NCBI RefSeq assembly: GCF_036321535.1
Contig: NC_087472.1
Span: forward strand, 97,404,001-97,468,000
Source of the DNA: Camelus dromedarius
Lineage: Eukaryota
Direction: 5' to 3'
Length of the DNA: 64,000 nt
The notes under the pieces are model-generated. The model saw only the letters and a list, made by a program, of their open reading frames with translations, had not been told where the DNA came from and made no database searches. Position numbers and translations under genes: made by a program. Positions 23,390-35,830 of this stretch are shown piece by piece (position 1 is the stretch's first letter; every line of letters begins with the position of its first letter).

Positions 23390-24372
23390 TCTCCCTTTTT
23401 GAAACCATTGTTTTACCAAAATTTAGTCACTTAATAGTATATTCTTCCATTTGCATTACATTTTGTTAATGATAAATCTATTTTATAATTACTTAAATTT
23501 ATAAATTAATATGAAGTAATTGACTTGTTTTCATGATTCACCCATTATGGGTGGATCATAGTATCTATCTCCATTTATGCAAATAATCTTTTCTGGCTCT
23601 CCAGAGTACATATATCCAGCATTATCTGAGGTATTTATTTATTTTGGTGCTATTATCACATAGGTATTACTTTTGATAAATAAAACATTTTATGTTTTCT
23701 CTATCTGTTCTTTATTTTTTGGCTTTACTAAATTGTGATTGATTTTAAGAACTTTTCAATGGATCATCTTGAGTTTTATAGGGAAAATTTTGTCTTTTTT
23801 TCCTGAATGATACAGTAGTTATTACTGTTACCTGTTTTATTGTATTGTCTAGCATTTCTATATCACTGACAAAAGTATAAATAGGATTTAAAAAGACACT
23901 TTTATTTAGGAACTAAAGGGATGGTTTTTGTATTCATTTTTAAGTAGTTTAATGTTTTTTAACTAAGTGAGGTCACATTCTTCTCATTTTTATTTAATAA
24001 GAAATATCTCAGAAATGGATACTGAAATTTTATTAAATGCCTCTTGAACATATATAGTGTTTCTTCTTTGACCTTTTGGTGTGATATTATTTGTCTTAAG
24101 TCATAGTGCATTCTAGTGAAAACTCTACTTGTCCTATTGTATAAGATTTGAAGTTGTTATTAAAATTTTTGCTACTATTTAATTAAAATTTTTATGATGT
24201 TCACAAGTAGGATTGGGCCTTAATTCTCGTTTGTGTTGCATTTTTCAGGTTTAAGTATGAGAGTTATTTAACTTTACAAAATAAATTGGGTAGGTAGTTC
24301 TCTATTTTTTTCTGTCATTTGGTACAGTTTATATATCCTGGGAATTACCTATTTTTGAATATTTTAAAGAAT
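23390..24372 (-). mobile_element. Very old L1M ORF2 remnant; 3' end probably at ~19700-19955
   Basis: aattttattaaatgcctc...ggattgggcc...tcaggtttaagtatgagagttattta...ctattttttctgtcatttggtacagtttatat; degenerate homology to 21800-22200. Confidence 0.6.
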
Positions 24373-24454
24373 AGATAAAATAGTAAGATAGTGTATCTTA
24401 CAATCAAGGGGATGTTGGAATTGAGTAAATAATGTATTGTTTTGTTGTCATTTA

Positions 24455-24580
24455 TTGATGAGAAACCTGACGCAGAGAGATATTAAATAACTGACAACTA
24501 CTAGTTGGTATAATAAAGATTTGAAATGAGGTGGTCTGGGCCCAGAGTTTTGGCTCACACTCAGTGCCCCATAGTGCTAT
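24455..24580 (-). mobile_element. MIR SINE
   Basis: ttattgatgagaaacctgacgcagagagatattaaataactg...gatttgaaatgaggtggtctgg. Confidence 0.65.
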
Positions 24581-26412
24581 AAACTCTCTACAAGCCCCAT
24601 TACTGACTGCATCCTTGACTCTTAGCTCCACGTTCTGCCTGGCTTCCGGCACATTTGGCTGTTCTAAGCTTTATTACTTAGATTAAAATAACTTCCTGCA
24701 TTTTTCTGCGCCACACATCATTGATACTTTAGTGCTGCGCTCATTTGCTTGGCTGCTCCAGGGTGTTGAGTCCAGGGTCAGGCTTCAGGCCTGTCCCACT
24801 CCCACTCCCTGCAGCTAATCCCTCATCAGCTTATCCTCAGCCTTGCCTTGGCCTTCGGTTTCCCATGTACAATTCATTTGTTGTCTCAGTGCTGTGGATA
24901 CCCATAGTAATACCAAGAAGCATTTGTAACAATGGGGTTCCTAGAAAAGTGCCTCCAAAGGGATTCTGACTAGCACACCAACCTGTTAGTGAGATATGAG
25001 TATAGAATACAGAGATGGATTAAGTGTTCACACATTTGTTCACTATATGCAAGCATGGTAGTGCTATGATTTTATAGCTAGTGTTTGATCTCTCTCCGAA
25101 TCCTAAAATACCGTTAAACTATTAAACTAATAATTTATCCAGAGGTGGGGGGCCAGGTGCAGGGACCTTCTCTTGTATTCTCTTGCTTCCTTTGTACTTA
25201 CCATAGATTCGTACATGAAGTGGGTACTCAGTGCGTTTTTAAATTGAATTTATTACCTTGCAGTGCATTTGGGGCCAAGAAATTACGTTATATCTCCCCT
25301 GTATTTTTCAGTGTTTCTGAAGTGTCATTTCCTGCCTAGGTGGGAAACATTTCTATAAACAGAACACTTGCTTTCTGATCGAGGCCTGTTCTATACAGTA
25401 AGAGAGAAAGTTTTCTCAGTGTGGCCTCAAGGGCAACTCTCTGGATAAGGACGATGACTCATCCTCCCAGGGTCTTCCTGCTGAAATGCTGCAAATTAAT
25501 ATATTCTGCAGAGGACGCGGAGTACTGTGGTTCGGATAAGAGAAAAGCCAGCCCTCTTGGACTGGGAAGCTCTGCAGTCACAAAGCTGTCAGCCACAGCT
25601 GAGAAACCCCTGTGAGGATTAAGTAGTGCCCCTGGGTGTTTGGGCACTTTAAAACGTGCAAGCTTATTTGCTTGAAATCCTAAGAATTTGCTTAATTGCA
25701 GAGCCTGGAAGGTAATATTGAAATGCAGAGATAATAAGAAAATGTCAGGGCTAGAAAGCTAAGGATCTTGGTGAAACATATCAGCAATGCTAAACCAGAA
25801 TTGGTGTTTGGCTATATTTATGCAAATGGCTTAGTTTCTGATAATGCTTGTAATTATACAACAATTATTGGGAAATAGAAGAGAACAGTTTTGTCTCTCA
25901 ACCTAGATGGTAAACTCCCTGTTGAACATTTTCTTCAGAGAACAGAAGGGATAATGGGTCATGAAAACTATATCCTTTCCACATACCTTTATTGACTTGC
26001 TACTATTTGTCATGCCAGGGGTGTTGGTAAGATGGGGGGTGGGCATATGACTGGAGAAGGACCTGAGGGAGCCCATAATCAATTGCAGAGCAGCTTTGTA
26101 AGCACAGGATGACATAAGAACACATGAGAGGCCCTTACTTTGGGGGGAGGGTGATGTGATGTCAGTGATCAGAGAAAAGGCAGATACTGAGTTGCACTTG
26201 GAAGAACGGTTAGAGTTTTCTGGGTGAAGAAAGGTTGAATTAAAATGGATTCTTCCACATAAAGTGAGCAGCATCTGCAAAGGAACAAAGTGTCAGACAC
26301 CATGTTACCTTTGGAGAACTATATATAAAATTGTTCAGTATAGCTGCAGCTTCAAGGGAGAAGGGAGAAATGGCGAGGCTGCAGCAGAAAAAAGGCAGAT
26401 CATGAGTGTTCA

Positions 26413-26835
26413 TGTATTAGGTTGGGTTTCCCAAGAAACAGACCCTGAGATAAGGACTTGAGGGCCCGTGATTTATTTGGGAGGTGATCCCGGGAAGCAC
26501 TGGCTGGGGAGAGGGAAATGAGAGCCAGTTACCGCTCTGGGCAATTGGGGCTCAATCCACTGGGGAACTCTGGAGAGACTCCATCTCTGAGTTGTCCTAT
26601 CTGAGGGGTGGGCACTGGGATATACATCCAGCCATCTCCCATCTCTCATTGGGTGAGGGCTGCTCTCAGGAGACTTAACTCCATGGCTCTTTGGGCTTTC
26701 CCCTGAGACTGAAGAAAGCCTTCCTTCAGGAAGACACTTACAGGTGCTTGGGGTAACAAGCTGTTGGCATGTATAAGAAAGGTACATTTCGAGGGGATAA
26801 GAATGGGACATGAATGGCATCTACTGTGGGCCATG
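26413..26835 (-). mobile_element. ERVL solo LTR, LTR33-like
   Basis: tgtattaggttgggtttcccaagaaacagaccctgagataagg...tttatttgggaggtgatcccgggaagcac. Confidence 0.75.
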
Positions 26836-27051
26836 TATGTCATGCTAATGATTTAGGCTTTTAACCTAAGAAAATGGTGAGCTACTGAATTATTTTAATC
26901 TGAGGAGTGGTTATATGATGAGATTTGTGTTTTAGAAAAATTATTTCTGGTATCAATAATAATAATAATGGATTAGAGTGGCTCAACAGTGGTGGAAATA
27001 AACAATTGGGTTGTTTTGCAGAAACTTGGAGGAGAAATCATGAGGGCCTCA

Positions 27052-27226
27052 ATGTTTAACAACTGTCTCTTCAAAAAAAGAAAAAAACGTTTCTCATTTA
27101 TGGAGTTTGCTGATTCCCATGGTATAAATACTCCCATAATAGCCAATTTCAAACTACTAATGTGATGTCACTGAATACTGAGTTGGGAGGAGATGTGCAC
27201 AGTCAGCTGTCACTCCAGCACACCAT
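27052..27226 (-). mobile_element. MER63-like hAT MITE
   Basis: ggtataaatactccca...gagttgggaggagatgtgcac...ccagcacacca; possible 8-bp TSD gggcctca (27044-27051) / gggcctga (27227-27234); homologous to the reverse complement of 43680-43835. Confidence 0.7.
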
Positions 27227-27439
27227 GGGCCTGACTTGAAACCGTGGTGGTGGCATGAAAAATAAGGAAAGTATCTGAAGAAAAATTGAGTAGAATAATA
27301 ACTGATAGAGGGGATCAGGTGTAATGAGGCAAAAAAAAATGACACTCAGATTTTTCCCTTCTGTATCTAGTTAGGTGATGATGCCCTTCGCTTAGATAGA
27401 GAATATAGAATAATGATATTATGATGATAGTATTATTAT

Positions 27440-27650
27440 TAGTAGTAAATAGAATGCTTACCATGTGCCAGGCACTACTTTAACCATTTAGACATATTAA
27501 TTTATGTAAGCCCTTTATGCATATTAATTTATGTAATCTTCATACTAACAATAATCTTATAAGGAAATTATCATTATTATACCTATTTTAGATGTGGCTG
27601 AATCAGGATTTCAAACCCAAGCACCCTGGCACAGAGTCCTTGCTCATACT
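27440..27650 (-). mobile_element. MIR SINE
   Basis: gcttaccatgtgccaggcact...cctattttagatg...caggatttcaaacccaag. Confidence 0.7.
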
Positions 27651-28230
27651 CACACACTAGCAGATTGAATAGAAGGAGGTGAGTTTAATTTTTGACATAG
27701 TGAGATGGAGTGTCTACAGGTGATGCATCTGGAAAGAATTACCAGGGAGTTGACCCCATGAGTCTGAAGCACAGAGATGGATTTGGAATGAAGATAATGT
27801 ATTTGTAGATCTTTAGTGTACAGGCAGTTGAAGCCCGGAGAGAAGATGAGATGCATAGAATGAGATAAGGACTCTCTAGGGCAGGGCTTATAGAAAAGAA
27901 CATTGATAGATTTGATGAGAAAGAGATTCTTATAAAAGAAAGGGAAAAGAGCAATCAGAGGCAGGATATAAAGAAGGAAGAGGAGGGTTGTGACAAACTA
28001 GGAAAGCATTTAGGAACAAAGGAGTAGACAATGAAGTGTCACAGAACATTTAAGGTAAAAAAACTCTCTGAAAAGTGTCTTTTGGATTCAAAACCTAAGA
28101 GCTCATTCTCAAGGAAGGGACAGTGGGAAAAACAGGAGGTGATGGCTGAGGATGAGTTGAGAAGTTTGGACATGGGAGTAGCTAGTGTGGACTATTCTAG
28201 CTAGAAATTTGTTTGAGAAGGATCACCAGT

Positions 28231-28392
28231 GAATGGTTCTCAACAATGGCTGTGCATTACTGAGGAGTTTTGAAAAATATTAACCTCATCCCTCGAAATT
28301 ACAATTGGTATATCTAGGTATAGTCTGGGCATCAGAAACTTCAAAAGTTTTCCAAGATGACTCTAATATGCAACAAGGGTTAGGACCACTGG
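28231..28392. mobile_element. MER5B-like hAT MITE
   Basis: tggttctcaacaatggctgtgcatta...ctgggcatcag...gactctaatatgcaacaagggttaggaccactg. Confidence 0.75.
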
Positions 28393-29713
28393 GCTAGTGG
28401 GAGTCAGAGAGAGGTGATAATTGACAGAGGGAGGTCCCTGAGGAAACAGTGCAAAGGACTTTTCAATAGGGATGAGGAAGTCAAATGAGTTTCTCCCTTA
28501 GGCTGGGTGCCAAATACAGGCTGTTTGACTGAACCTTTATTATGTTCATTTTTTATCCGAAGACCTTAAGAATGCTCCCTTAAGGAAGTGGCTAATTGGT
28601 TATAGTTGCGTAGCCGGAAAACTGAGGAGTTAAAGAGGAGTGCAGGGGTGGGTGGAAGTTGGGGTGGGTGGAGGAAGAAACCAGGTCATTTCACCTTCTA
28701 AAGGTTGTGGATGCTGGCTCCTGTTTTAGCCTCTGTGGAGCCTGTTCTGTGTGAGTACTTGTTTATCTGAATGCTGCACTTACGGCTTTCCTTGCATTCA
28801 CAATCTTCCCATTTGTCCAGTCTTGCCTGGCTGCTTGGAAACTAGCCCATGTGACTGTTCTGACCTTCACTCTTTCTTTTTGTACAAACTCCAAGTGCCT
28901 AAATGGTTTTGACCCTTGGACATGCCAGGGTAATTCTATCCAGGGATACTTCTTTCATTTTTTAGCACACATTTTATTTCAGAATTGTTTTATAGGAAAA
29001 AATGTGACATACTACATAATTCCCATATGCCTCACACCCAATTTCCACTATTAATATCATACATTTGTAAGGCATATTTGTTATAATTAATGAACCAATA
29101 TTTGTACATTATTATTCACTAAATTCCATACTTTTTCAGATTTACTCAATGTCCTTTTTCTCTTCCAGTATCCTTCCAGGATACTGCATTACATTTAGTC
29201 ATCTTATTTCCTTAGGTCCTTCTTAGCTGTGACAGTTTCTCAGACTTTCCTTATTTTTGATGACCTTGACAGTTTTGAAGAGTACTGGTCAAAAATTTTG
29301 TAGACTGTTCCTCAATTGGGGTTTGTCTGACATTTTTCTCATGATTAGATTGTGGTTATGGGTTTCTGGAAGGAAAATCGTACGTAAGGTGCCATTCTCA
29401 TCACATCATGTCAAGGATGCATGCTATCCACATGATTTGCTACTGATGATGTTGACCTTAATCACCTGGCTAAGGTAGTGTTTGCCAGATTTCTCCACTA
29501 TAAAGTTACTTTTTCTTTTTTAGTGCTATTATTCTTTGGAATGAAGTTGCTGTATGTTATTTCTTTTTTTGCTTTTCTTTATTTTTTCCTTTTCTTTTAC
29601 TTTTGTATTTGGAAAATTTCAAACAGAAAAAATTATGCAGAATAATATAGTGAATTCCCACATACTCAGCCCAAAATTTCAACACTTACGTCATGCTGAT
29701 CCTTTTATCTATA

Positions 29714-29896
29714 CGGGTGGTCTCAAGTTCTAGCATGCATCAGAATCACTTGGAGGCTTTGTTAAAACACAGATTTCTGGACTTCACCTGAGAGTTTCTG
29801 ACTGAGTAATTCTGGATTGGTGCCAAGAGAATTTGCATCTTTAACAAGTTTCCAGATGTTGCTGCTGGTCCAGGGAACTACCCTTGAGGACCTCTG
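29714..29896. mobile_element. MER5A hAT MITE
   Basis: gtggtctcaagttctagcatgcatcagaatcacttggagg...gaatttgcatctttaacaagtttccag...gctggtccaggga. Confidence 0.85.
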
Positions 29897-30207
29897 ACCT
29901 ATTACCTTCCCCTACATTCACTCCCTCACTTCTACTTCATCATTTTGAAAGTAAAATAAAGCTCAGGTATGTTATTTTATCTTTAAATCCTCAATGTGTA
30001 GCCCTAAATAAAAGGGGTGATAAAAACATATTTACAGTGCCATTTTCTTATCAAAAATACTAATTATTCTAATATTATATACCTATTTAGTGCTCAATTT
30101 TGCCTTATTATTTCATAAATACTTTTACAGTTGGTCATTCCAATCTACATAAGCTCTACATACTGTATTTGATTGATATGCCTCTAAATTCTTTGTTATT
30201 TCCATTA

Positions 30208-30408
30208 TAGAAGTCAACAAACTGATCCATAACCTGTTTTTGTAAATAAAGTTTTATTGGGATACAGCCATACCCATTCATTATAAGTGTTTATGTCTGC
30301 TTTCCAACTGCAACAGTGGAGTTGAGTGGTTTGCATTGTGGGCTGTAAGGCCTGTAAAGTAAAAAATATTTACTATTTGTTACTTTACAGAAAAAGTTTA
30401 AGCCCTTT
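30208..30408 (-). mobile_element. MER58A-like hAT MITE
   Basis: cctgtttttgtaaataaagttttattgggatacagcca...gagttgagtggtt...atatttactatttg...tttacagaaaaagttt. Confidence 0.8.
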
Positions 30409-31332
30409 CCCCTATGCTCTTGCTTCTCCTAATTTTTCTTTAAACATATCTGTTGAAGAAACCAGGTCATTTTTCCTACAGGGTTTGCCATATTCTAGAT
30501 TTTGCTGATTGCATTGCCCCCACTGTTATTTATCATGTTCTTCTGTCTCCTGTATTTCTTACAGATACACAGACCAAAAGACTTGAGCAGATTTGAGTTC
30601 AATATTTTGGCAAGAGTTGATTAGTGGCTTTAAGCGTTACCAGTCAGATCCATCTATCTTCAAGTTCATAATCAGGTTTTCACCTAATGATTTTAGTAGC
30701 TATTAATCATCATTGCCTAGATTGATTATTTCATTAGGTATCACAAAATGATTTTATGGTGATTTTATCATTCCTTTCAATTTATTAGCTAGAATGCTTT
30801 TATAAATGAGAACTTTTCCTCATCAATTTTTTGGTTACTTTGATATATAGTTTTGTGAAAGAAACGCAGGATAAATGCTTCGTTCTGTCCCTTCATTGCC
30901 ACTCTGAGAATAATGAATGGGCTCGCTAACACCTCCAAAGATAACCACTGAATTATTTTAAACTATCATATGAATGCCTGAATTGTTTTTAACAACTTTA
31001 TGGAGATTTATTTTACATGCCATAGAATTAACTCTTTTTAAATGTACAATTCATTGGTTTTTAGTATATTTGCAGAGTTGTGCCACCAGCACTACAATCT
31101 AATTTTAAAATGTTTCCATCATCTTAAAAAGAAACCTTATGAATACATGGAATTTTTAGAATGTAATTGATGTGTTCCAATCCATTTTAATACTCTTTTG
31201 AAGCTCAAATCGTCCCATTTTTGGTTGGTGGGAGCCCTTTTGAGATTGGTTCTTATACCAGGTTATTATGAAAATAAAATGAAAGAATAATTTTCAAGAT
31301 TATGATACTTAAGGGATGCTACATAGCTATTA

Positions 31333-31511
31333 TTGTGGTTATCAACCTTGGATACATATTAGAATCATCTGAAGAACCTTAAGACATCTTGATGTTCAGT
31401 CCATTCCCTATACTAATTACAGTAGACTCTCTGCAGGGGATACCCAGGCAGCAATACTTTTTAAAACCCACTAGGTGAATTCCAGTGTGCAGCCAAGTTT
31501 GGGAACCACAG
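31333..31511. mobile_element. MER5B-like hAT MITE
   Basis: gtggttatcaaccttggatacatattagaatcatctg...ccagtgtgcagccaagtttgggaaccac. Confidence 0.75.
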
Positions 31512-31949
31512 AATTTTGAGGATATGGGTTAATTTTTTTCCCCTTCCTCCCAAGCCCTTTCCCTGCTTTCATCTCGGGCAACTATATAATACTTTATGTG
31601 CCCAGTCACTCAAGCTAGCTACCTCAGGTCATTTGACTCTTTCTTACTAGCACTCTTTAAATCCAAGGGATTTTTTTTGAAGAGAAATGGCTGGCTCAGA
31701 TCTGTGTTGTACAGAAATACTTCTGGCAGCAATATGAAGGAGACATTGATGAGGCAAGTGAAAACTACTCATTGTTTAAGTACTTCTTCAGGACTCATAC
31801 TGACAACCTTTGCATTCCTTACCATGGTATTCTAGGTTACCCATGATCCAGTCTTCACCTCTGTAACCAATCTTATCACATACCCTAGATCCCTGTACCT
31901 GACAGTATGGCCATATTAATACACATTTTCTCTACAACACTGCCACAGA

Positions 31950-32110
31950 AAGGGTGGCTCACCATGAACCTGTTACATTGGAATCCCTTGGGAGCTTATT
32001 AGCGATGCAGGATTTCAGGCTCCACCCACAGGCCCACCTGAATCCCAGCCTGTTTTTTAGTAAGGTTCTCCAGTTGATTCATAGGCACATTAAGTTGTGA
32101 GAACTTTGTT
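31950..32110. mobile_element. MER5A-like hAT MITE
   Basis: attggaatcccttgggagcttattagcgatgcaggatttcaggctccacc...gttgattcataggcacattaagttgtgagaac. Confidence 0.7.
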
Positions 32111-35100
32111 CTGACTCTTTCCAGTCTTTTCTTCTTCTCCTGATGCCTTGATCTCTTTATGCATGTCAGTTCTTCCTCTCTCTCTCCTTTGATCCATCCT
32201 TCAAGCCTTAGTTCAAATGTTTTTTTGCCCTGGAATCCTTACTGATTTTCCCACCTCTGAATATAAGAGCTCTTTCCTTCTTCACAGCTTTGATGCTGTG
32301 TTTGTCATGCCACTTTCATAAAACACTAATTTCATTTTCTTTTTAGTGATTCAGGTACATGAGAAATTACTACATGTAAAGCTGTTGAGTGCAATAACCA
32401 TGCGTCATTCATTTCTGTATTCACCCAGCACTTTACTTTGCAGATATTAGAATTTCTATTTAGAAAACAAAAAGTAGAATACATAAATGAATAAGGTTGG
32501 TTAGAGGATGCCAGTATTTGCTTTCCCTTGTCCTTTGCAGCAGAAGTTGATATCTTCAGCTGGCAAATTTAGCCTTATTTTTGTATGCATTCTTGATCAA
32601 GGCAAGCAGCTTATAGTAACATCACACCCACCATATATTGGTGTTGAATTACTGTTGATGTGAACTCAGTACCACATGTGCCTGATGTGAGCTCTGGGCA
32701 CTGTATGCCTGCCAGTATGTTCCCTTTTCCCTATTCCCACCCCTTCTCAATAGCACTGTGTGTGCTCAGCATGTAAAATTAAATTCATCTCTGTACATGG
32801 TTTGAAATCTCATTCTTTTTCTGTCTTGTGGTTTAACCAATCACTAGAGTCAGTTTACCCTACCTGGATACAGATGTTACCTATGATCACCAACACAGCT
32901 CTTTTGGACACTGAAATTTACACTACTAGTCAGTGCTGGCCACATACACACACATGCACACACAGCATGGCTAGATTGCTTCCTCTAAACCCAGTCCTAC
33001 AATTATCCTGCTTTTCCCCCATGGCTTGTGGTTGAGCTTGTTATAGAGAAATGCAGTCCCTGAGACTAACTTGGAGTTCAGTGACATGGGGACTGTAGAC
33101 TGACCAATTGTGGCTTGACCAGGTGCTGGGAGAACTGGTCCCTTTTGGCAAGAAGGGGATAGTAGTGTTTTTATCAAGAGCCTTAGGGCTCTGCTGAGGT
33201 AGTTGTACTCAATTGCATTGTGCTGGTATTTCTACTTATGCTTACTACAATACTATAGCTTCTTACACCCATTCAGAATTTACATCCATTCGTATCTCAT
33301 TATTTTTTTCAACTTAGTTCTATAGGTCCACAAGTATTAGCACTATCAATATACATCCTACTTGATTGTTCCCCTTTATCTATGAATTATCGCAAAACTA
33401 AGGGAGTTTACCTAGCTTCTAGGAGCAAGGACTCAGTCCTTTTCTGCATGCTAGAGGGAGGGAGAAATTGTATCTCTAGTATTGCTGCTGCTCTACTGCT
33501 TTTTGCTATTATATAATATTATATGGTATTATATGAAACATTATCCTGTGACATCCTGTGAGTGTTTTATTTCCCCTGGGTTAATATATCAGGTCCGGGT
33601 TCCTGCGTAGGCTACAGTGGTGTTTGTTCCAGACTTGGTCTCCAAAGTGACAGCTCTCTTGGTTCGTACTCATATGTTTATCTCTTATCTCCATCTCACC
33701 ACTACTAGGTATCTGGGTCTGAAGGAGCTTCCAGCATAAGCTCTATGCTAATGTGGTTTTTGGTAACTGCCCATTTATGGATCTAGATATCCCTGTTTTC
33801 TTGGACTAGATTTACTCTCTGTTTTCCTGTTCATGTATGTGATAAATTCTCGTCCCTAAATTTGACTTAAGACCATCCCCCAATACCAGCTGCTGTTCTT
33901 GGCTCAACTGTTTTGGTCCTTATTTTACTATAATACTCAGTATTGAGATATCATCACTTTTGCATATTTCTGGATTCATATGAAAAATTATTTTAGGAAT
34001 GGGTGGTAGGTTTGCATGCTTATTAAATAATTGGAAATAGCTAAAATACTGATAAGCTGAATATAATCTGGCCGATCATGAGTATGTCATGAAGGAAGTG
34101 TTATAATGAATCCAATTTTGTGTGTATGGGTTCTAAATAAATGCAAATGCATTTCAGTTTTGCTCAGACAACTGTTTTTTCCCCTTCATAATTCAAGTGA
34201 TATCCAACAGAAAAGTAGGTCATGATTTTATGTTAGAAAATGTCATATTCGTCTTAGAATACATTAGCCTCATTAGTAACAATCTGAATTGCAGTAATCC
34301 ATCTCCCCTTTGGCGGATGACAGTCAAACCATACACCCTCTGAGGGTGTGGAGAGGAGAAAACCTTTCCTTGAAAGTCACACTTGCAAAGCCAAGGAAGT
34401 CAAATGCCTGTCTAGCCCTATGCAACTTTGGGTTGAAATCACTTGAGATCCCATTAGAGAGTTATTTCGTTCAATATTTAGCTAAATATGTGTGAAATAT
34501 TATAAATAATCTTCAAGGGTAGCATCTTCTGAAATCTGGTCCCAGGAGACTATTTTGAATATTTGTAGTAGAGAAGAATGTCACCTCTCTATTGAGATAT
34601 GCATGCAGTGTGCATATTATATGCACATCTCTGATGTTCCAGAAAAGTTCCTGGCTTTAATATTTGTTAAATTTGATGATTGCTTTCAGACTGAAACTCT
34701 TCCATATAGAGGAGTTGGTGTTACTGTATCTTATTGAAACCTCATCTAATTTCAGCTATTTGTTGAAAAACTAAACCCCACACCCACGACCCACTTCTCT
34801 GGGAGGAAAACACATTCTGCCCAGTGTTGCACTCATTACAAGTGACTGGCTATGGAAATGCATAAGCACTGGCTACCACATGGTGCTTCTCTGCTTGGTT
34901 TCTTCATGTTAGAAGAGGAACAGCAAGGGCATGCTTACTGTTGGGGCATTTGTATATCCAAGGAGTTTAGCTACATTTGCCCCAACTTGATTATTTTCTC
35001 TGAAGAGCACAATAATACATACTCACTATAAACATTGAGGAAAAGCAGAAAAGTTTAAAGAAGCAGAAAAATAAGACTTGCCTATAATCCTAACTCCCAG

Positions 35101-35209
35101 AGGTAATAACTTATCACTTTTGCCATATTTTCTTTTGGTCTTTTTCTATGTGTTGCTTTATGTAGATACGTAACAGAAGTTGAAGTTTGAGCCTAAGTCA
35201 CATCCATTT

Positions 35210-35470
35210 CTTGGAGTCAGACAGGGTGCCAGCATGGTCAGGTGAGGGCCCTCTTCTGGGTCACAGACCTCTTGATGTTTCTTCACATAGTGGAAGGGGC
35301 TAGAGAACTCTCTCAGGCCTCTTTTATAAGAGCATTAATCCCATTCAGGAGGCCTCTGACCTCATGACCTAATCACCTCCCAAAGTTTCTACCTTCTAAC
35401 ATCATCTCCTTGGACCTCAGGTTCTCAACATAAGAATTTGGGGAACACACAAGCATTCAATCTGTACCAC
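35210..35470 (-). mobile_element. MLT1A-type MaLR LTR
   Basis: ggtgccagcatggtcaggtgagggccctcttc...gcctcttttataagagcattaatcccattca...ctcatgacctaatcacctcccaaag. Confidence 0.85.
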
Positions 35471-35830
35471 TGTGGTATATCCATACTATGGAATACACAC
35501 AGCAGTTTCTATGAATCTCATATTTATGCTGACTGAAAGAAGCCAGAAGAAAGAGTCCACAGTGTATGATTTCATTTGTATAAAATTCTACAAAATGCAA
35601 ACTAATTTTTAATGAAAAAACAGATTGGTAGCACTAGAAGTTAGGGATTGTAGAGAGGTGAGGTGGAAGGATTGCAAAGGGATATGAGGAAACTTGAGGG
35701 TGATGGATATGCTTATGTGACATATTATGTGACAATTTCATAAGTATATGCATACGCTAAAGTGTGTCCAGGTGTACACCTTAAATATGTGCAGTTTATT
35801 GTATGTCAGTTATAGCTCACAAAAGCTGTA
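35471..35830 (+). mobile_element. Old L1M 3' end
   Basis: ctgtggtatatccatactatggaata...gaaagaagccaga...ttaaatatgtgcagtttattgtatgtcagttata. Confidence 0.8.

Larger units (their letters stand above)
26060..28220 (-). mobile_element. L2 body interrupted by an LTR, a MER63-like element and a MIR
   Basis: Purine-rich L2 tracts (gatgagatttgtgttttagaaaaatt; gagatggatttggaatg...gtacaggcagttgaagcc; tgtggactattctag) resume after each nested element. Confidence 0.7.
28965..31260 (-). mobile_element. L1MC-type 3' UTR fragments hosting nested MER5A, MER58A and another L1 tail
   Basis: gatgaccttgacagttttgaagagtactggtca...atcacctggctaaggtagtgtttgccag; ttgaagaaaccaggtcattt...cccatttttggttggtgggagcccttt. 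Confidence 0.75.
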
